The position numbers were made by a program, and so were the translations under genes. A DNA stretch of 64,000 nucleotides. It comes from Alphaproteobacteria bacterium (GTDB taxonomy: Bacteria; Pseudomonadota; Alphaproteobacteria; Rickettsiales; SXRF01). Shown here one piece after another: positions 28,894-38,352 of this stretch (within the stretch, counting starts at the first letter, position 1; every line of letters starts with the position of its first letter). The notes beneath the pieces are model-generated. The model saw only the letters and a program-made list of their open reading frames with translations, was not told where the DNA came from and did not search any database. Location: the NCBI GenBank assembly GCA_043763155.1, contig JAYULW010000050.1, positions 12,236 through 76,235 of the forward strand. The letters run 5' to 3'.

Positions 28894-31080
28894 ATGCACG
28901 AAATCAAACCAGAACCGCACGCACCCGCAAAGCCAGACCGCTTCATCAACCGCGAGACCTCGTGGCTTGCCTTCAATAACCGCGTGCTGGACGAAGCCTA
29001 CAACCCCGAAAACCCGCTGATCGAGCGCCTGAACTTCCTTTCCATCTCCAGCTCCAACCTCGACGAATTCTACATGGTTCGCGTGGCGGGCCTGAAAGAT
29101 TACGTAAAGCAGGGCGTCACCAAACGCAGCCCCGACGGCCTAAGCCCCACGCAGGAACTCGAAATCATCCATACGGGCGTGAACAAAATGGTCGAGCGCC
29201 AGCATGATTGCTGGCTGGAACTGCGCGCCATGCTCGCCAAACATAATGTCACCGTAGTCAAACCCGAAACCCTGAGTTTGCGCGACCGCAACTGGCTGGA
29301 AGAATATTTCTTAGAGAATATTTTCCCCGTCCTCACCCCCATCGCCATTGACCCCGCGCACCCTTTCCCGTTCCTGCCGAACCTTGGCCTTGCGCTGGTC
29401 TTCCAGCTTCACAACATGGTGAGCAAAAAAGAACAGATCGCCATCATTCCCCTGCCCGCGCGGCTCAACCGCTTCATTTTGCTTCCCGGCAAAAAGATGC
29501 GCTACGTGCTGCTCGAAGAAGCGATTAAAACGTATCTCAACACCCTCATGCCCGATTTCGAGAGCATGGACTCCGCCCTCTTCCGCATCATCCGCGACAG
29601 CGAACTCGACGTAGACGACGAAGGCGAAGATTTCGTGCGCAACTTCGAACGCGCCCTCAAACAGCGTAGGCGTGGCCGCGTAATCCAGATCAAGTTCCAG
29701 ACCCCCGCCAGCAAAGCCCTCATCCATTTCGTGTCCGAGCAAATGCACGTAGACATGAATGACGTGATCGAGGTGAACGGCATGCTGGGCCTCACCAACC
29801 TGAAAGAACTCTGCAAAGACGCCCCCGCCGACCTCAAATACCCGCCCTTCCAGGTCCGCTTCCCCGAACGCATCAACGATTACGGCGGCGATTGTTTCGC
29901 CGCCATCGCCGCCAAAGACATCGTCATCCACCACCCGTTTGAAACCTTCGACGTGGTAATCCGCTTCTTAAAGCAAGCCGCCGAAGACCCCGATGTGGTT
30001 TCCATCAAGCAAACCCTCTACCGCACATCCGCCGATTCCCCCATCCCCAAGCTGCTCATAGCCGCCGCCGAAGCAGGAAAATCCGTCACCGCACTGGTTG
30101 AACTCAAAGCCCGCTTCGACGAAGAAGCCAACATCAAATGGGCGCGTAATTTAGAGGCTGCGGGCGTGCAGGTCGTCTACGGTTTCGTAAGCCTCAAAAC
30201 CCACACCAAGGTAACGCTGGTAACACGGCGCGAGCAAAGCGGCGAAAAGCTGGTCTCCTACGTGCATTTCGGCACCGGCAACTACCACCCCGCCACCGCC
30301 AAGGCCTACACCGACCTTTCCTTTTTCACGTGCGATCCCGTGCTGTGCCGCGACGCTGCCTATTTGTTTAATTTCGTCACCGGCTACGCACCGCCCCGCG
30401 CTTTCAAAAAACTCATCACTGCCCCGCGCGACATGCGCAAATCCTTGCTGAAACTCATTGACGCCGAAATTGCATTCGTCAAAGCAGGCAAGCCCGGAAC
30501 CATCTGGGCCAAAATGAACTCGCTGGTAGACGGCGAAATCATCGAAGCCCTCTACCGCGCAAGCCAAGCGGGCGTTGTGGTGGAACTCGTCGTGCGCGGC
30601 ATCTGCTGCCTGCGCCCCGGCGTTCCCGGCCAATCGGAGAATATCCGCGTCAAATCCATCGTGGGCCGCTTCCTCGAACACTCGCGGGTATATTGCTTCG
30701 GCAACGGCCACGCCATGCCCTCGCCCGAAGCCAAAGTCTTCATCGGCTCCGCCGACTGGATGCCACGCAACTTCGACTGGCGCGTGGAAGTCATCATCCC
30801 CATCGAAAACGCAACCGTGCATGAACAGATCATGGGCCAGATCATGGTGGCGAACCTCAAAGACGAAAAGAACAGCTGGGTCCTGCAACCCGACGGCGCG
30901 TACAAACGCCTGCCCAGCACACCCACCAGCCTTAGCGCCACCGCCTACTTCATCACCAACCCCAGCCTTTCGGGCCGTGGCAAATCACTCCAGAAAGTGA
31001 AATCCACCCAAATGCTGAAATACAAAACCCACAAAAGCACCCCCAAACCCCGCAAAACGCAAGGCCTCCACCAAGACTAA
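28894..31080 (+). CDS. ppk: Polyphosphate kinase 1
   Basis: FINRETSWLAFNNRVLDEA N-terminus and two PLD-like HKD regions (KTHTKVTLV; RFLEHSRVY). ATG 28894 preferred over TTG 28873. Confidence 0.95.
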   Translation: MHEIKPEPHAPAKPDRFINRETSWLAFNNRVLDEAYNPENPLIERLNFLSISSSNLDEFYMVRVAGLKDYVKQGVTKRSPDGLSPTQELEIIHTGVNKMVERQHDCWLELRAMLAKHNVTVVKPETLSLRDRNWLEEYFLENIFPVLTPIAIDPAHPFPFLPNLGLALVFQLHNMVSKKEQIAIIPLPARLNRFILLPGKKMRYVLLEEAIKTYLNTLMPDFESMDSALFRIIRDSELDVDDEGEDFVRNFERALKQRRRGRVIQIKFQTPASKALIHFVSEQMHVDMNDVIEVNGMLGLTNLKELCKDAPADLKYPPFQVRFPERINDYGGDCFAAIAAKDIVIHHPFETFDVVIRFLKQAAEDPDVVSIKQTLYRTSADSPIPKLLIAAAEAGKSVTALVELKARFDEEANIKWARNLEAAGVQVVYGFVSLKTHTKVTLVTRREQSGEKLVSYVHFGTGNYHPATAKAYTDLSFFTCDPVLCRDAAYLFNFVTGYAPPRAFKKLITAPRDMRKSLLKLIDAEIAFVKAGKPGTIWAKMNSLVDGEIIEALYRASQAGVVVELVVRGICCLRPGVPGQSENIRVKSIVGRFLEHSRVYCFGNGHAMPSPEAKVFIGSADWMPRNFDWRVEVIIPIENATVHEQIMGQIMVANLKDEKNSWVLQPDGAYKRLPSTPTSLSATAYFITNPSLSGRGKSLQKVKSTQMLKYKTHKSTPKPRKTQGLHQD

Positions 31081-31144
31081 AATCTGGAAATCCCCCCGGA
31101 GGAGCGCTACCGCGACGACTAGCGCCATTGAGGCGCGCAGCATC

Positions 31145-31188
31145 AGCGGCGCTTGAGCGTACTTATACAAAGCGGCTTGAGCGTACTT
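31145..31188. repeat. Tandem direct repeat AGCGGC(G)CTTGAGCGTACTT x2
   Basis: Copies at 31145-31164 and 31171-31188, differing by one inserted G, in the convergent gap between ppk1 and the ICMT-like gene. Confidence 0.5.
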
Positions 31189-31190
31189 CT

Positions 31191-32567
31191 TTATTTTATT
31201 CCCGCATACGGATAGGGCAGGTTTTCCCAGCCTGCGGGCGCTTTATACTTAAAGAACGGTATAAAATCGCCAAGCTTGCGCAGCACACCATTATCGTTCA
31301 TCCATAGCGCATACGCAACATACACCGGATCGCGCGACATATGGCGCTCTTCTGTGCGTGCGCGCAGGAAATAGGTAAGGCTCACGCCCGACATCAGCAG
31401 GATGAAGCGCACCGTTTCCATTATGCTGTCCGAATCGCCCTGCAGCGGCACGAAAGGTATGAAAGTCAACCACCAGAAGGAATTCTTGCTAATATATTCA
31501 GGGTGCTTGGTAAAGCGGTACATACCGTTGGTCAGCACCCCGCGATGGGTAAGGTTCGAGAAGCGGATGCCGAAATTCATGCCCGCCACCGAGTAAATGA
31601 AAATCAGGAACGCAATGGCGCTTCCCCACAGCATCAGCAGATCGGGGCTGTCCTGCAGCCAGTCAATCCAGCGCGCGTCGTTACCGCGATACGCAATCCA
31701 GGTGTCCATGTAGGTATCGTTAAACGGGTGGTAACACAACAGGCACACAAACCAGCCGAAGAAGGTAGGCTCCGCCGAGCGGATATGCGTGTCGAACAAG
31801 CGGAAAGTCATCATGTACCCGGCCACGGCCGCCAGCAGGTCCAGCACGAATACGATGGAAACAAACGGGTGGAACACATTCAGGAACGTGATGTTATTGC
31901 CGGTCAGGTCGAGGCCCAGCAGGTAATCCACGTCTTCAATCATGAACACGAACATCAGCGGCAGGAAGTAACCCTTCACCACCCAGCCCAGCAGCAATTG
32001 GCCGAACGCCTTCCAGCTGGTCCCGCGCGGGCGCAGCAGCAGCAAGCGGCCAAACCAGTAGTAATTATCTTCCGGCTGCTTCATGAACGAATCCACAAAC
32101 GCCACATAGGGCAGCGCCGCCACCATCAGGTACGGCATGACAATATCCAGCGCGTCCTTATAGGGATTAAAGAAATCCTGCGAGTAAATCGGCAGGCCCC
32201 AATAAAGGAGGGCCAGAAAACCATAGCAGCCGTAAAGCCCCACGATTTTGTAAAACACCCGGTCGGCATTCCAGTGAAACGTGCGGAAATCGAGGCCTGT
32301 GGAGGGGCGCATGGGCGTGCGCAGGAAAATCACTTCAAGGCCCAGCACCACCACACCATAAAAGCCCACCGAAACCAGCGTGGCGATCATGCCGTGTATG
32401 TCGTGGTCGCGGCAATACGCCATGGCCGCAAGAAACGCCACCACCCCGATCACGTTGATCAGGTTGCTGCAAATCGAGGCTGGCAATGGCCGCGCCTGGG
32501 GAAGCTGTAAGGTACTCACGAAATCATCTCTGCTGCTAGGGTCATGGAAATCCTCATGGGGTGACAA
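31191..32567 (-). CDS. Polytopic membrane protein with a C-terminal ICMT/PEMT-like methyltransferase domain (paralog 2)
   Basis: 458 aa. C-terminus GVLTNGMYRFTKHPEYIS...RARTEERHMSRDPVYVAYA matches the RHPxY...EE...Y..Y signature of the isoprenylcysteine/phospholipid methyltransferase family. The N-terminal 300 aa form an unassigned multi-TM region. Confidence 0.7.
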   Translation of the reverse strand: MSPHEDFHDPSSRDDFVSTLQLPQARPLPASICSNLINVIGVVAFLAAMAYCRDHDIHGMIATLVSVGFYGVVVLGLEVIFLRTPMRPSTGLDFRTFHWNADRVFYKIVGLYGCYGFLALLYWGLPIYSQDFFNPYKDALDIVMPYLMVAALPYVAFVDSFMKQPEDNYYWFGRLLLLRPRGTSWKAFGQLLLGWVVKGYFLPLMFVFMIEDVDYLLGLDLTGNNITFLNVFHPFVSIVFVLDLLAAVAGYMMTFRLFDTHIRSAEPTFFGWFVCLLCYHPFNDTYMDTWIAYRGNDARWIDWLQDSPDLLMLWGSAIAFLIFIYSVAGMNFGIRFSNLTHRGVLTNGMYRFTKHPEYISKNSFWWLTFIPFVPLQGDSDSIMETVRFILLMSGVSLTYFLRARTEERHMSRDPVYVAYALWMNDNGVLRKLGDFIPFFKYKAPAGWENLPYPYAGIK

Positions 32568-33888
32568 GCCCCGTGTAAGGCAGTGAAGCGGGTGCTTCCT
32601 TAGGCGGTGTAAAACGCATCAGCGGGAACATCTGGCCCATGAACCGGAAAACCCCATGTTCCTCGATCCACAGCGCATAGGCCACATAATCGGCGTCGCG
32701 CGCCAGATGGCGCTCTTCGGTGCGTGCCCGCAGGTAAAAGACCAGCGCCATGCCCGCAATCGAGAAGCAGGAGCGCAAAATATCGTTCGTTTCGTCAAAC
32801 ATCAGCGGCGGCATATCGCAAAACAGGATAAACAGTACAGCCGCGAAATACGATGGGTGCTTCGTAAAGCGGTACAGCCCGTTGGTCACAATGCCGCGGT
32901 TCATCAGCTGGCTGTAGCGGCTGCCCAGCGTTACGTCAGCGGTGACGCCCAGCACCAGTATCAGGATCAGCCCCACCGCCCACACCGACTGGAAAAACGG
33001 CATGTTCTGAAGTGCGTCAATCCATGGGTCATTTACCGTGTTCGGCAGGAAATAATAATTGGCGAATTGCTTAAAGGGCTGGAAGCAGAACAGGCATATC
33101 CACCACCCGAAAATGGTAGGGTCGGTCGAGCGCGCATGCGTGCCCAGCAGCCGCAGCATCAGCACATTGCCGCACACCGTAATAACCATGACAAGCGCAA
33201 ATATCAGATTGAAAGCGCGCTGGTACACTTCCACCATGGTGCTATTCGCAGTCAGCGAAACCCCGTCTACGATGTCGTTCACATTATTGCTGGCATACAC
33301 AAAGCACAGCGCCATGAAAAAGGCGCGGCAGCCAAGGCTCAGCAAATGCTGACCCAGCCCTGCGCACGTCATCTCGGTGGGCTTGTTGAGCAACAGGCGG
33401 CCCAGCCAGTAATAACGGTCATGCGGCTGCTGCATAGCCCCATCCACAATCAGCACATACGGCAAAGCGCCCACGATCACAACCGGCAGCACCAGTTTAA
33501 TGGCAGCGCCATACGACAAATAAAACCCATTATCGTACTGGAAAATATTGAAGTGATATTCCGGGAACAACCAGTACAGCCCCCCTACAAACCCAATCGA
33601 AGCATAAATCCCAAGCAGCTTCATGAGTGTGCGCTCCAGCGAGAGGCTTAGCTTGGAAAAATTGAGTCCATTGCGCGGATCCGCCGGAGTGCGCAGCACA
33701 AACAGTTCCAGCAACGTGATCGTGCCGCCATACGCAAACATTGCGCTAAGCGTCGCGTGTAGCTGGTGAATGCCGTATAACCGGCACATATAAAGAGCAA
33801 TGAGGAAAGCCCCAACGCCACAGGCATACACAAAGGGAGAGGCAACGGAGCGGGGTAAAGCGAGGGGGCGGGCCATGGGAAAAGTCAA
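32554..33888 (-). CDS. Polytopic membrane protein with a C-terminal ICMT/PEMT-like methyltransferase domain (paralog 1)
   Basis: 444 aa, alignable end to end with the downstream paralog (ALPYV..VD, YYW.GRLLL, FGWW/FGWF, GIVTNGLYRFTKHPSY, RARTEERHLARD). 14-nt overlap with paralog 2. Confidence 0.7.
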   Translation of the reverse strand: MTFPMARPLALPRSVASPFVYACGVGAFLIALYMCRLYGIHQLHATLSAMFAYGGTITLLELFVLRTPADPRNGLNFSKLSLSLERTLMKLLGIYASIGFVGGLYWLFPEYHFNIFQYDNGFYLSYGAAIKLVLPVVIVGALPYVLIVDGAMQQPHDRYYWLGRLLLNKPTEMTCAGLGQHLLSLGCRAFFMALCFVYASNNVNDIVDGVSLTANSTMVEVYQRAFNLIFALVMVITVCGNVLMLRLLGTHARSTDPTIFGWWICLFCFQPFKQFANYYFLPNTVNDPWIDALQNMPFFQSVWAVGLILILVLGVTADVTLGSRYSQLMNRGIVTNGLYRFTKHPSYFAAVLFILFCDMPPLMFDETNDILRSCFSIAGMALVFYLRARTEERHLARDADYVAYALWIEEHGVFRFMGQMFPLMRFTPPKEAPASLPYTGLVTP

Positions 33889-34032
33889 TATTAAGAATGG
33901 TAAGTGGGGAATTTACCATGCTTATTTCCATTTGACTACAGGCTATTGCATCCAAAACGAATAAAAATTAACAAAATTGCTCAACCGCTAATGCGCTTGC
34001 CCCTTCCGGGCAGTTCTGGCATAAGACCCCCC

Positions 34033-35529
34033 ATGTCAGGAAAAACCGAATTTGAAGCCACCGACCAGCCATACCGTGATGGCCGCATCGGCATTATTGA
34101 CATCGGCTCGAACTCCATCCGCCTCGTCATTTACGACCAGCAAAAGCGCTCCCCCGTACCCATTTATAATGAGAAGGTGATGTGCGCGCTGGGCAAAGGC
34201 CTCGCCACCACCGGCATGCTAAACCCCGAAGGCGTTGAACTCGCCCGCCTCGCGCTTCAGCGCTTCCTCGCTTTGGGCCGCAACATGGAAATCACCTCCC
34301 TGCACGTCATGGCAACCGCCGCCATCCGCGACGCCAAAGACGGTGCCGCCTTCGCCCAATATCTGGAAAATACCTACGACATAGACGTAGACATCATCGC
34401 CGGCAAAAAAGAAGCGAAGCTGGGCGCGTATGGCGTTTCCGCCAGCATGTACAAGCCGCAAGGCATCACCGGCGATCTTGGCGGCGGAAGCCTTGAGCTG
34501 GTTAAAATGCACGAAGGCCACATCAACGACCACGCAAGCCTGCTGCTGGGATCGCTCCGCATGATTGACGAAAGCAAAGGCGACCGCACCGGCCTTCGCA
34601 AAATCATTGAAAAACGCTTCGACGAACTCACCTGGCTTGAAAACCAGAAAACCGAAAATTTCTACGCCATAGGCGGCAGCTTCCGCGCACTCGCAAAGAT
34701 GCACATGGTGGCGGGCGATTATCCCTTACGCATCCTGCATGAATACCGCGTAGACGCAAAAACCTTCCTCACCTTTGTGCGCGACATCGCCAAATTCTCG
34801 AACGAAAAACTGGAAAAACTCCCCGGCTCCGCCAAAGGCCGCGTGCCCGCGCTTCCCGGTGCCGCCATCGTGCTGGAACACATCATCACCCGCGCCAAGC
34901 CCGAAAGCATCGTCTTTTCCGCAAGCGGCATCCGCGAAGGTTATTTGTACGAAAAACTCTCCCCCTACATCCGCAACATGGACGGCCTCATTGCCTCCTG
35001 CTCCGAATTTGCCGTCAAAGGTGGCCGCTCCACCTCATATGCCAATGAACTCTACACCTGGATGTTCCCGCTGGTCGCAAGCGAAACCGACAAAGAGCGC
35101 CGCCTGCGCCTCGCCTTTTGCTTACTGTCGGACATTGCCCTGCACATCCACCCCGAATACCGCGCCGAGTGGGCCTACCATCGCATACTCTATTCCGCGC
35201 TGAACGGCCTGAGCCACCGCGAACGCGTAAAGCTTTCCCTCGCGCTCTATCACCGCTACCAGTTCAAGTTCAAGGAAAACTGGCCCAGCCTTTCGCTGCT
35301 CAAAAGCGGCGACGCCGAATGGGCCAAGCTGGTCGGCAGCTCCGCGAATCTGGCGTACCACCTCTCTGGCAGCATCGCGGGCAACCTGCATAAAACATCG
35401 TTCCTGATTGAAAAAGACCAGCTCTCGCTCCAGCTCGCGGGCAACATGCAGGATGTGCTGGGAGAAGCCATCAAGCGCCGCCTCGACGGCGTGCGCGAAG
35501 CCCACGACGACTACAAGCAACTCACCTAA
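34033..35529 (+). CDS. ppx: Exopolyphosphatase (Ppx/GppA family)
   Basis: IGIIDIGSNSIRLVIYD and DLGGGSLEL motifs. Start taken at MSGKTEF (ATG 34033). Confidence 0.9.
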   Translation: MSGKTEFEATDQPYRDGRIGIIDIGSNSIRLVIYDQQKRSPVPIYNEKVMCALGKGLATTGMLNPEGVELARLALQRFLALGRNMEITSLHVMATAAIRDAKDGAAFAQYLENTYDIDVDIIAGKKEAKLGAYGVSASMYKPQGITGDLGGGSLELVKMHEGHINDHASLLLGSLRMIDESKGDRTGLRKIIEKRFDELTWLENQKTENFYAIGGSFRALAKMHMVAGDYPLRILHEYRVDAKTFLTFVRDIAKFSNEKLEKLPGSAKGRVPALPGAAIVLEHIITRAKPESIVFSASGIREGYLYEKLSPYIRNMDGLIASCSEFAVKGGRSTSYANELYTWMFPLVASETDKERRLRLAFCLLSDIALHIHPEYRAEWAYHRILYSALNGLSHRERVKLSLALYHRYQFKFKENWPSLSLLKSGDAEWAKLVGSSANLAYHLSGSIAGNLHKTSFLIEKDQLSLQLAGNMQDVLGEAIKRRLDGVREAHDDYKQLT

Positions 35530-35771
35530 ACATCCGCCCCGTATTCGTCGCGCAGTTGCTTCAGCAGCGTGTAGGGTGGCTCGCCATACCCTGAAAACGG
35601 CACCTCGCCATAATCGGGCAAATTCACCGCCACATCCTCAGCGAGCAACCGCATCAGCATAATTTTTTTCGCAGGTGCCACCCGCATGAAATAATACGCA
35701 AGCCCCCTGTTCGGCAGCGTGTAGCGGAACCCGAAAATATGTTGCCCCCCGGCGATGATGGCTTGTCCCAT
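35526..35771 (-). CDS. Hypothetical 81-aa protein, translationally coupled to the upstream orphan
   Basis: Its ATG shares one nucleotide with the TAA of the 305-aa gene (TAATG at 35771). Its stop overlaps the ppx stop region. No motif recognised. Confidence 0.45.
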   Translation of the reverse strand: MGQAIIAGGQHIFGFRYTLPNRGLAYYFMRVAPAKKIMLMRLLAEDVAVNLPDYGEVPFSGYGEPPYTLLKQLRDEYGADV

Positions 35772-36688
35772 TACCCACCCCGCTTCAGGCTTTTGCCCTG
35801 CCCGGTCAGAATGTCGGGGCTGCCCCCGCCGGGCAATGCCAGCGGCGGCGCGTCCGCCTCGCGCTTGGCCTCATCTACTTTTTCCTGCGCCAGCGGCAAC
35901 AGTTCTTTTGTTTTGGCAATCACCTGCGCCAGCAGCTTTGGCTGCGCAATCGCAAACGCCCCTTGCGCGGCTTCGTCCCAGTGCCAGCGGTCCGTGCCTG
36001 CTTGGGCAAGCGCGCTCACCTCATCATGCCCCACCGCGCTCAGCACCGTCTCAAACGCCCGCCGCAAACTCCGCTCTGCCAGCGCCGGCACATGCGCAAG
36101 GGGCGGCGGCCCGTCCACGCTGGTGCTGTTGGCAATATCGAACAAGAACATCCGCGCTTCCTGCTTGCGCGTTACCAGGTCGCCGGGTGCGGTGCGGTCG
36201 TGCGCTGGCGTATCTTTCGTATCTTTAATGGCAACATTGTACGAGTCGGTACTCATATGCACGCCATACGCCACCAGCCGCGCGCAATCATCCACCATGC
36301 CCTGCATCAGCGCCGTCACATGTTCCGGGCTATGCAGGTTTGCATTCGTGCCAAACATTACGCTGCTGCCCATAGAGGCCGTGTGGAACTTGATGTCTTT
36401 TACCTGCGTACCTTTTTCAGCAAGCGCGGCAAAACTCGGCATCACCAGCGCCGGAATCGCGCCCTCGCCCACCTTTGCTTCCGTGAGTTTGTATTCTTGT
36501 GTTTCAAATCCCAGCGCGCGCAGCTTTGCGGCTTGGCGTGCCTCGTCGCCGATCGTGCCGGTCCACCCCTCCAGCCATGAGGTCGCAATCGCGTCGTCTT
36601 TGGGAATACCTTTTTGAATATTCGGCAGCGCCATCGCCCGGCCGTCGCCAAGGTCATACACACGCTTCGTAGTGCCCGCGCCCGACAT
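35771..36688 (-). CDS. Hypothetical 305-aa protein, orphan downstream of hldD
   Basis: Normal composition. Contains weak kinase-like strings (VYDLGDGRAMALPN; YGVHMSTDSYNVAI; MFLFDIANS), which are not diagnostic. Confidence 0.6.
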   Translation of the reverse strand: MSGAGTTKRVYDLGDGRAMALPNIQKGIPKDDAIATSWLEGWTGTIGDEARQAAKLRALGFETQEYKLTEAKVGEGAIPALVMPSFAALAEKGTQVKDIKFHTASMGSSVMFGTNANLHSPEHVTALMQGMVDDCARLVAYGVHMSTDSYNVAIKDTKDTPAHDRTAPGDLVTRKQEARMFLFDIANSTSVDGPPPLAHVPALAERSLRRAFETVLSAVGHDEVSALAQAGTDRWHWDEAAQGAFAIAQPKLLAQVIAKTKELLPLAQEKVDEAKREADAPPLALPGGGSPDILTGQGKSLKRGG

Positions 36689-36847
36689 TTTGGCGCTGGC
36701 CGTCGTTTCTTCATTTTCCCAGCGCGCAAGCGTAAATGTTTTTCCCTACAGCGCCACTTCCGGCAAAGCCCCCTTGCGGTCGGCCTGCCTGCGCGTAAGC
36801 TCCATTAAAGCGTTGATGGATTCCTTCTGGCGGTCGCTCATGTGCAA

Positions 36848-37840
36848 CTACAGGTAAGGATCGGCATTCTGCAGGTAGTTCTGCACAAAATCGCGGATGC
36901 CCGCCTCCACCGACGTAAACGGCGTATCATACCCCGCCGCGCGCAGGCGGTTCACATTCGCCTCAGTGAAATACTGGTAATTCGCAACCAGCGTCTCCGG
37001 CATATCCAGGTAATGCACATTCGCTGGCCGCCCGATGGCCGCGTAAATCCCCGCCGCCATCTCGTTAAATGTCACTGCCTTGCCCGTGCCAAGGTTAAAC
37101 AACCCCGAAACTTCCGGATGGTCGAGGCACCACAGCAAAACCCGCGAACAATCCTTCACATACAAAACATCGCGCTTCTGCTCGCCGTCTGCGTAGCGCT
37201 TATCATACGAGCGGAACAAACGCACCGCCGCCCCCTGCAACGCCTGCGGCGCAATCTTGGCGATCACGCTGCGCTGGTCATCCTTATGGTATTCGTTCGG
37301 CCCATACACGTTAAAGAGCTTAAGCCCCACCCATTGCGGCACGGCATGCTCGCCCCTTGCGGCCGCCTCCACCACATGCATGTCGAACAAATGCTTGCTC
37401 CAGCCATAGCCGCTCATCGGCTTCAGCTTGCGCATGTAATTCAAATCCATCTGGTCATCAAACCCGTTGCTGCCGTCGCCATACGTTGCGCTCGACGACG
37501 CATACACCAGTCGCACATTGCGGATCGTGCACCAGCGCCACAACTTCAGCGACAGCGCAAAATTATGTTTCAGGATTAAATCAATGTCCTTTTCCACCGT
37601 CGAAGAAACGGACCCGAGATGATACACCATCTCCACTTCCTTGTGGTTTGCTTCCAGCCAGCCGAACATTTCATCCGGCGGTATAATTTCCGAAACCGGA
37701 TGGCGCGAAAGATTGCGCCACTTCTCGTTGCTGCCAAACATATCGCACACCACAACTTTGTGTGTGCCGCGTTCCAAAAGTGCAGCCACCAGATTGGACC
37801 CGATAAACCCGCCGCCGCCCGTGACCAGAATCGTTTTCAT
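36848..37840 (-). CDS. hldD: ADP-L-glycero-D-manno-heptose 6-epimerase
   Basis: ILVTGGGGFIGSN, YASSSATYG, FNVYGPNEYHK, GLFNLGTGKAVTF and YQYFTEANVNRLRAAGY parallel E. coli HldD. Confidence 0.85.
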   Translation of the reverse strand: MKTILVTGGGGFIGSNLVAALLERGTHKVVVCDMFGSNEKWRNLSRHPVSEIIPPDEMFGWLEANHKEVEMVYHLGSVSSTVEKDIDLILKHNFALSLKLWRWCTIRNVRLVYASSSATYGDGSNGFDDQMDLNYMRKLKPMSGYGWSKHLFDMHVVEAAARGEHAVPQWVGLKLFNVYGPNEYHKDDQRSVIAKIAPQALQGAAVRLFRSYDKRYADGEQKRDVLYVKDCSRVLLWCLDHPEVSGLFNLGTGKAVTFNEMAAGIYAAIGRPANVHYLDMPETLVANYQYFTEANVNRLRAAGYDTPFTSVEAGIRDFVQNYLQNADPYL

Positions 37841-37937
37841 ATTGCCCTGTTTGGTTGTTTTTTCTCTTTATATATATGGCTCCATCATACTATGCTGCGC
37901 TTTAACAAACGGTAAAGCGCAGCTCAGGAGCCATAAT

Positions 37938-38180
37938 ATGCAGAAAGATAACAAGTTTTTTGACGATATGGCCAAGGTGGCAAGCGGCGCGGCGGGCGGT
38001 TTGCTGGAAATGAAGCGCGAAGCCGAGCAGATGCTGGCCTTCCATGTCGAAAAAATCCTTCAAAAATCGAGTATTGCCACCCGTGAGGAATATGACACCC
38101 TCCTCGCTATGATTACTAAGCTGCGGGAAGAGCAAGACAAAATCACCAAACGCCTCGACGCGCTGGAAAAGAAGGCCTAG
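37938..38180 (+). CDS. ubiK: UbiK/YqiC family accessory factor
   Basis: 80 aa: FFDDMAKVASGAAGG...IATREEYDTLLAMITKLREEQDKITKRLDALE. AGGAG Shine-Dalgarno 7 nt upstream of ATG 37938. Confidence 0.7.
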   Translation: MQKDNKFFDDMAKVASGAAGGLLEMKREAEQMLAFHVEKILQKSSIATREEYDTLLAMITKLREEQDKITKRLDALEKKA

Positions 38181-38319
38181 GCCACGACGCCCATCCGGCC
38201 CTAACCCACTGATATTTGGCAGCCGCAAAAAACCCTTAAGAAATTAGGGGTGGACAATCAGGCTATTAGCCATTTTATACACCTTTTCCACAGCCATAAA
38301 AAAACATTTATAACCAGTT

Positions 38320-38352
38320 GGTTTTTAAGAATAAAATAAATATTCTTAAACC
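38320..38352. repeat. AT-rich palindrome TTTAAGAATA-N7-TATTCTTAAA
   Basis: Perfect 10-bp inverted arms, extendable to GGTTT/AAACC with one bulge, inside the 302-bp AT-rich gap upstream of the YbjN-like gene. Confidence 0.5.

Noticed and set aside
36442-36729. 95-aa ORF (minus) overlapping the start of the 305-aa orphan
   Set aside because: It is out of frame with the better-supported 305-aa ORF and highly Arg/Lys/Cys-rich, so probably spurious.
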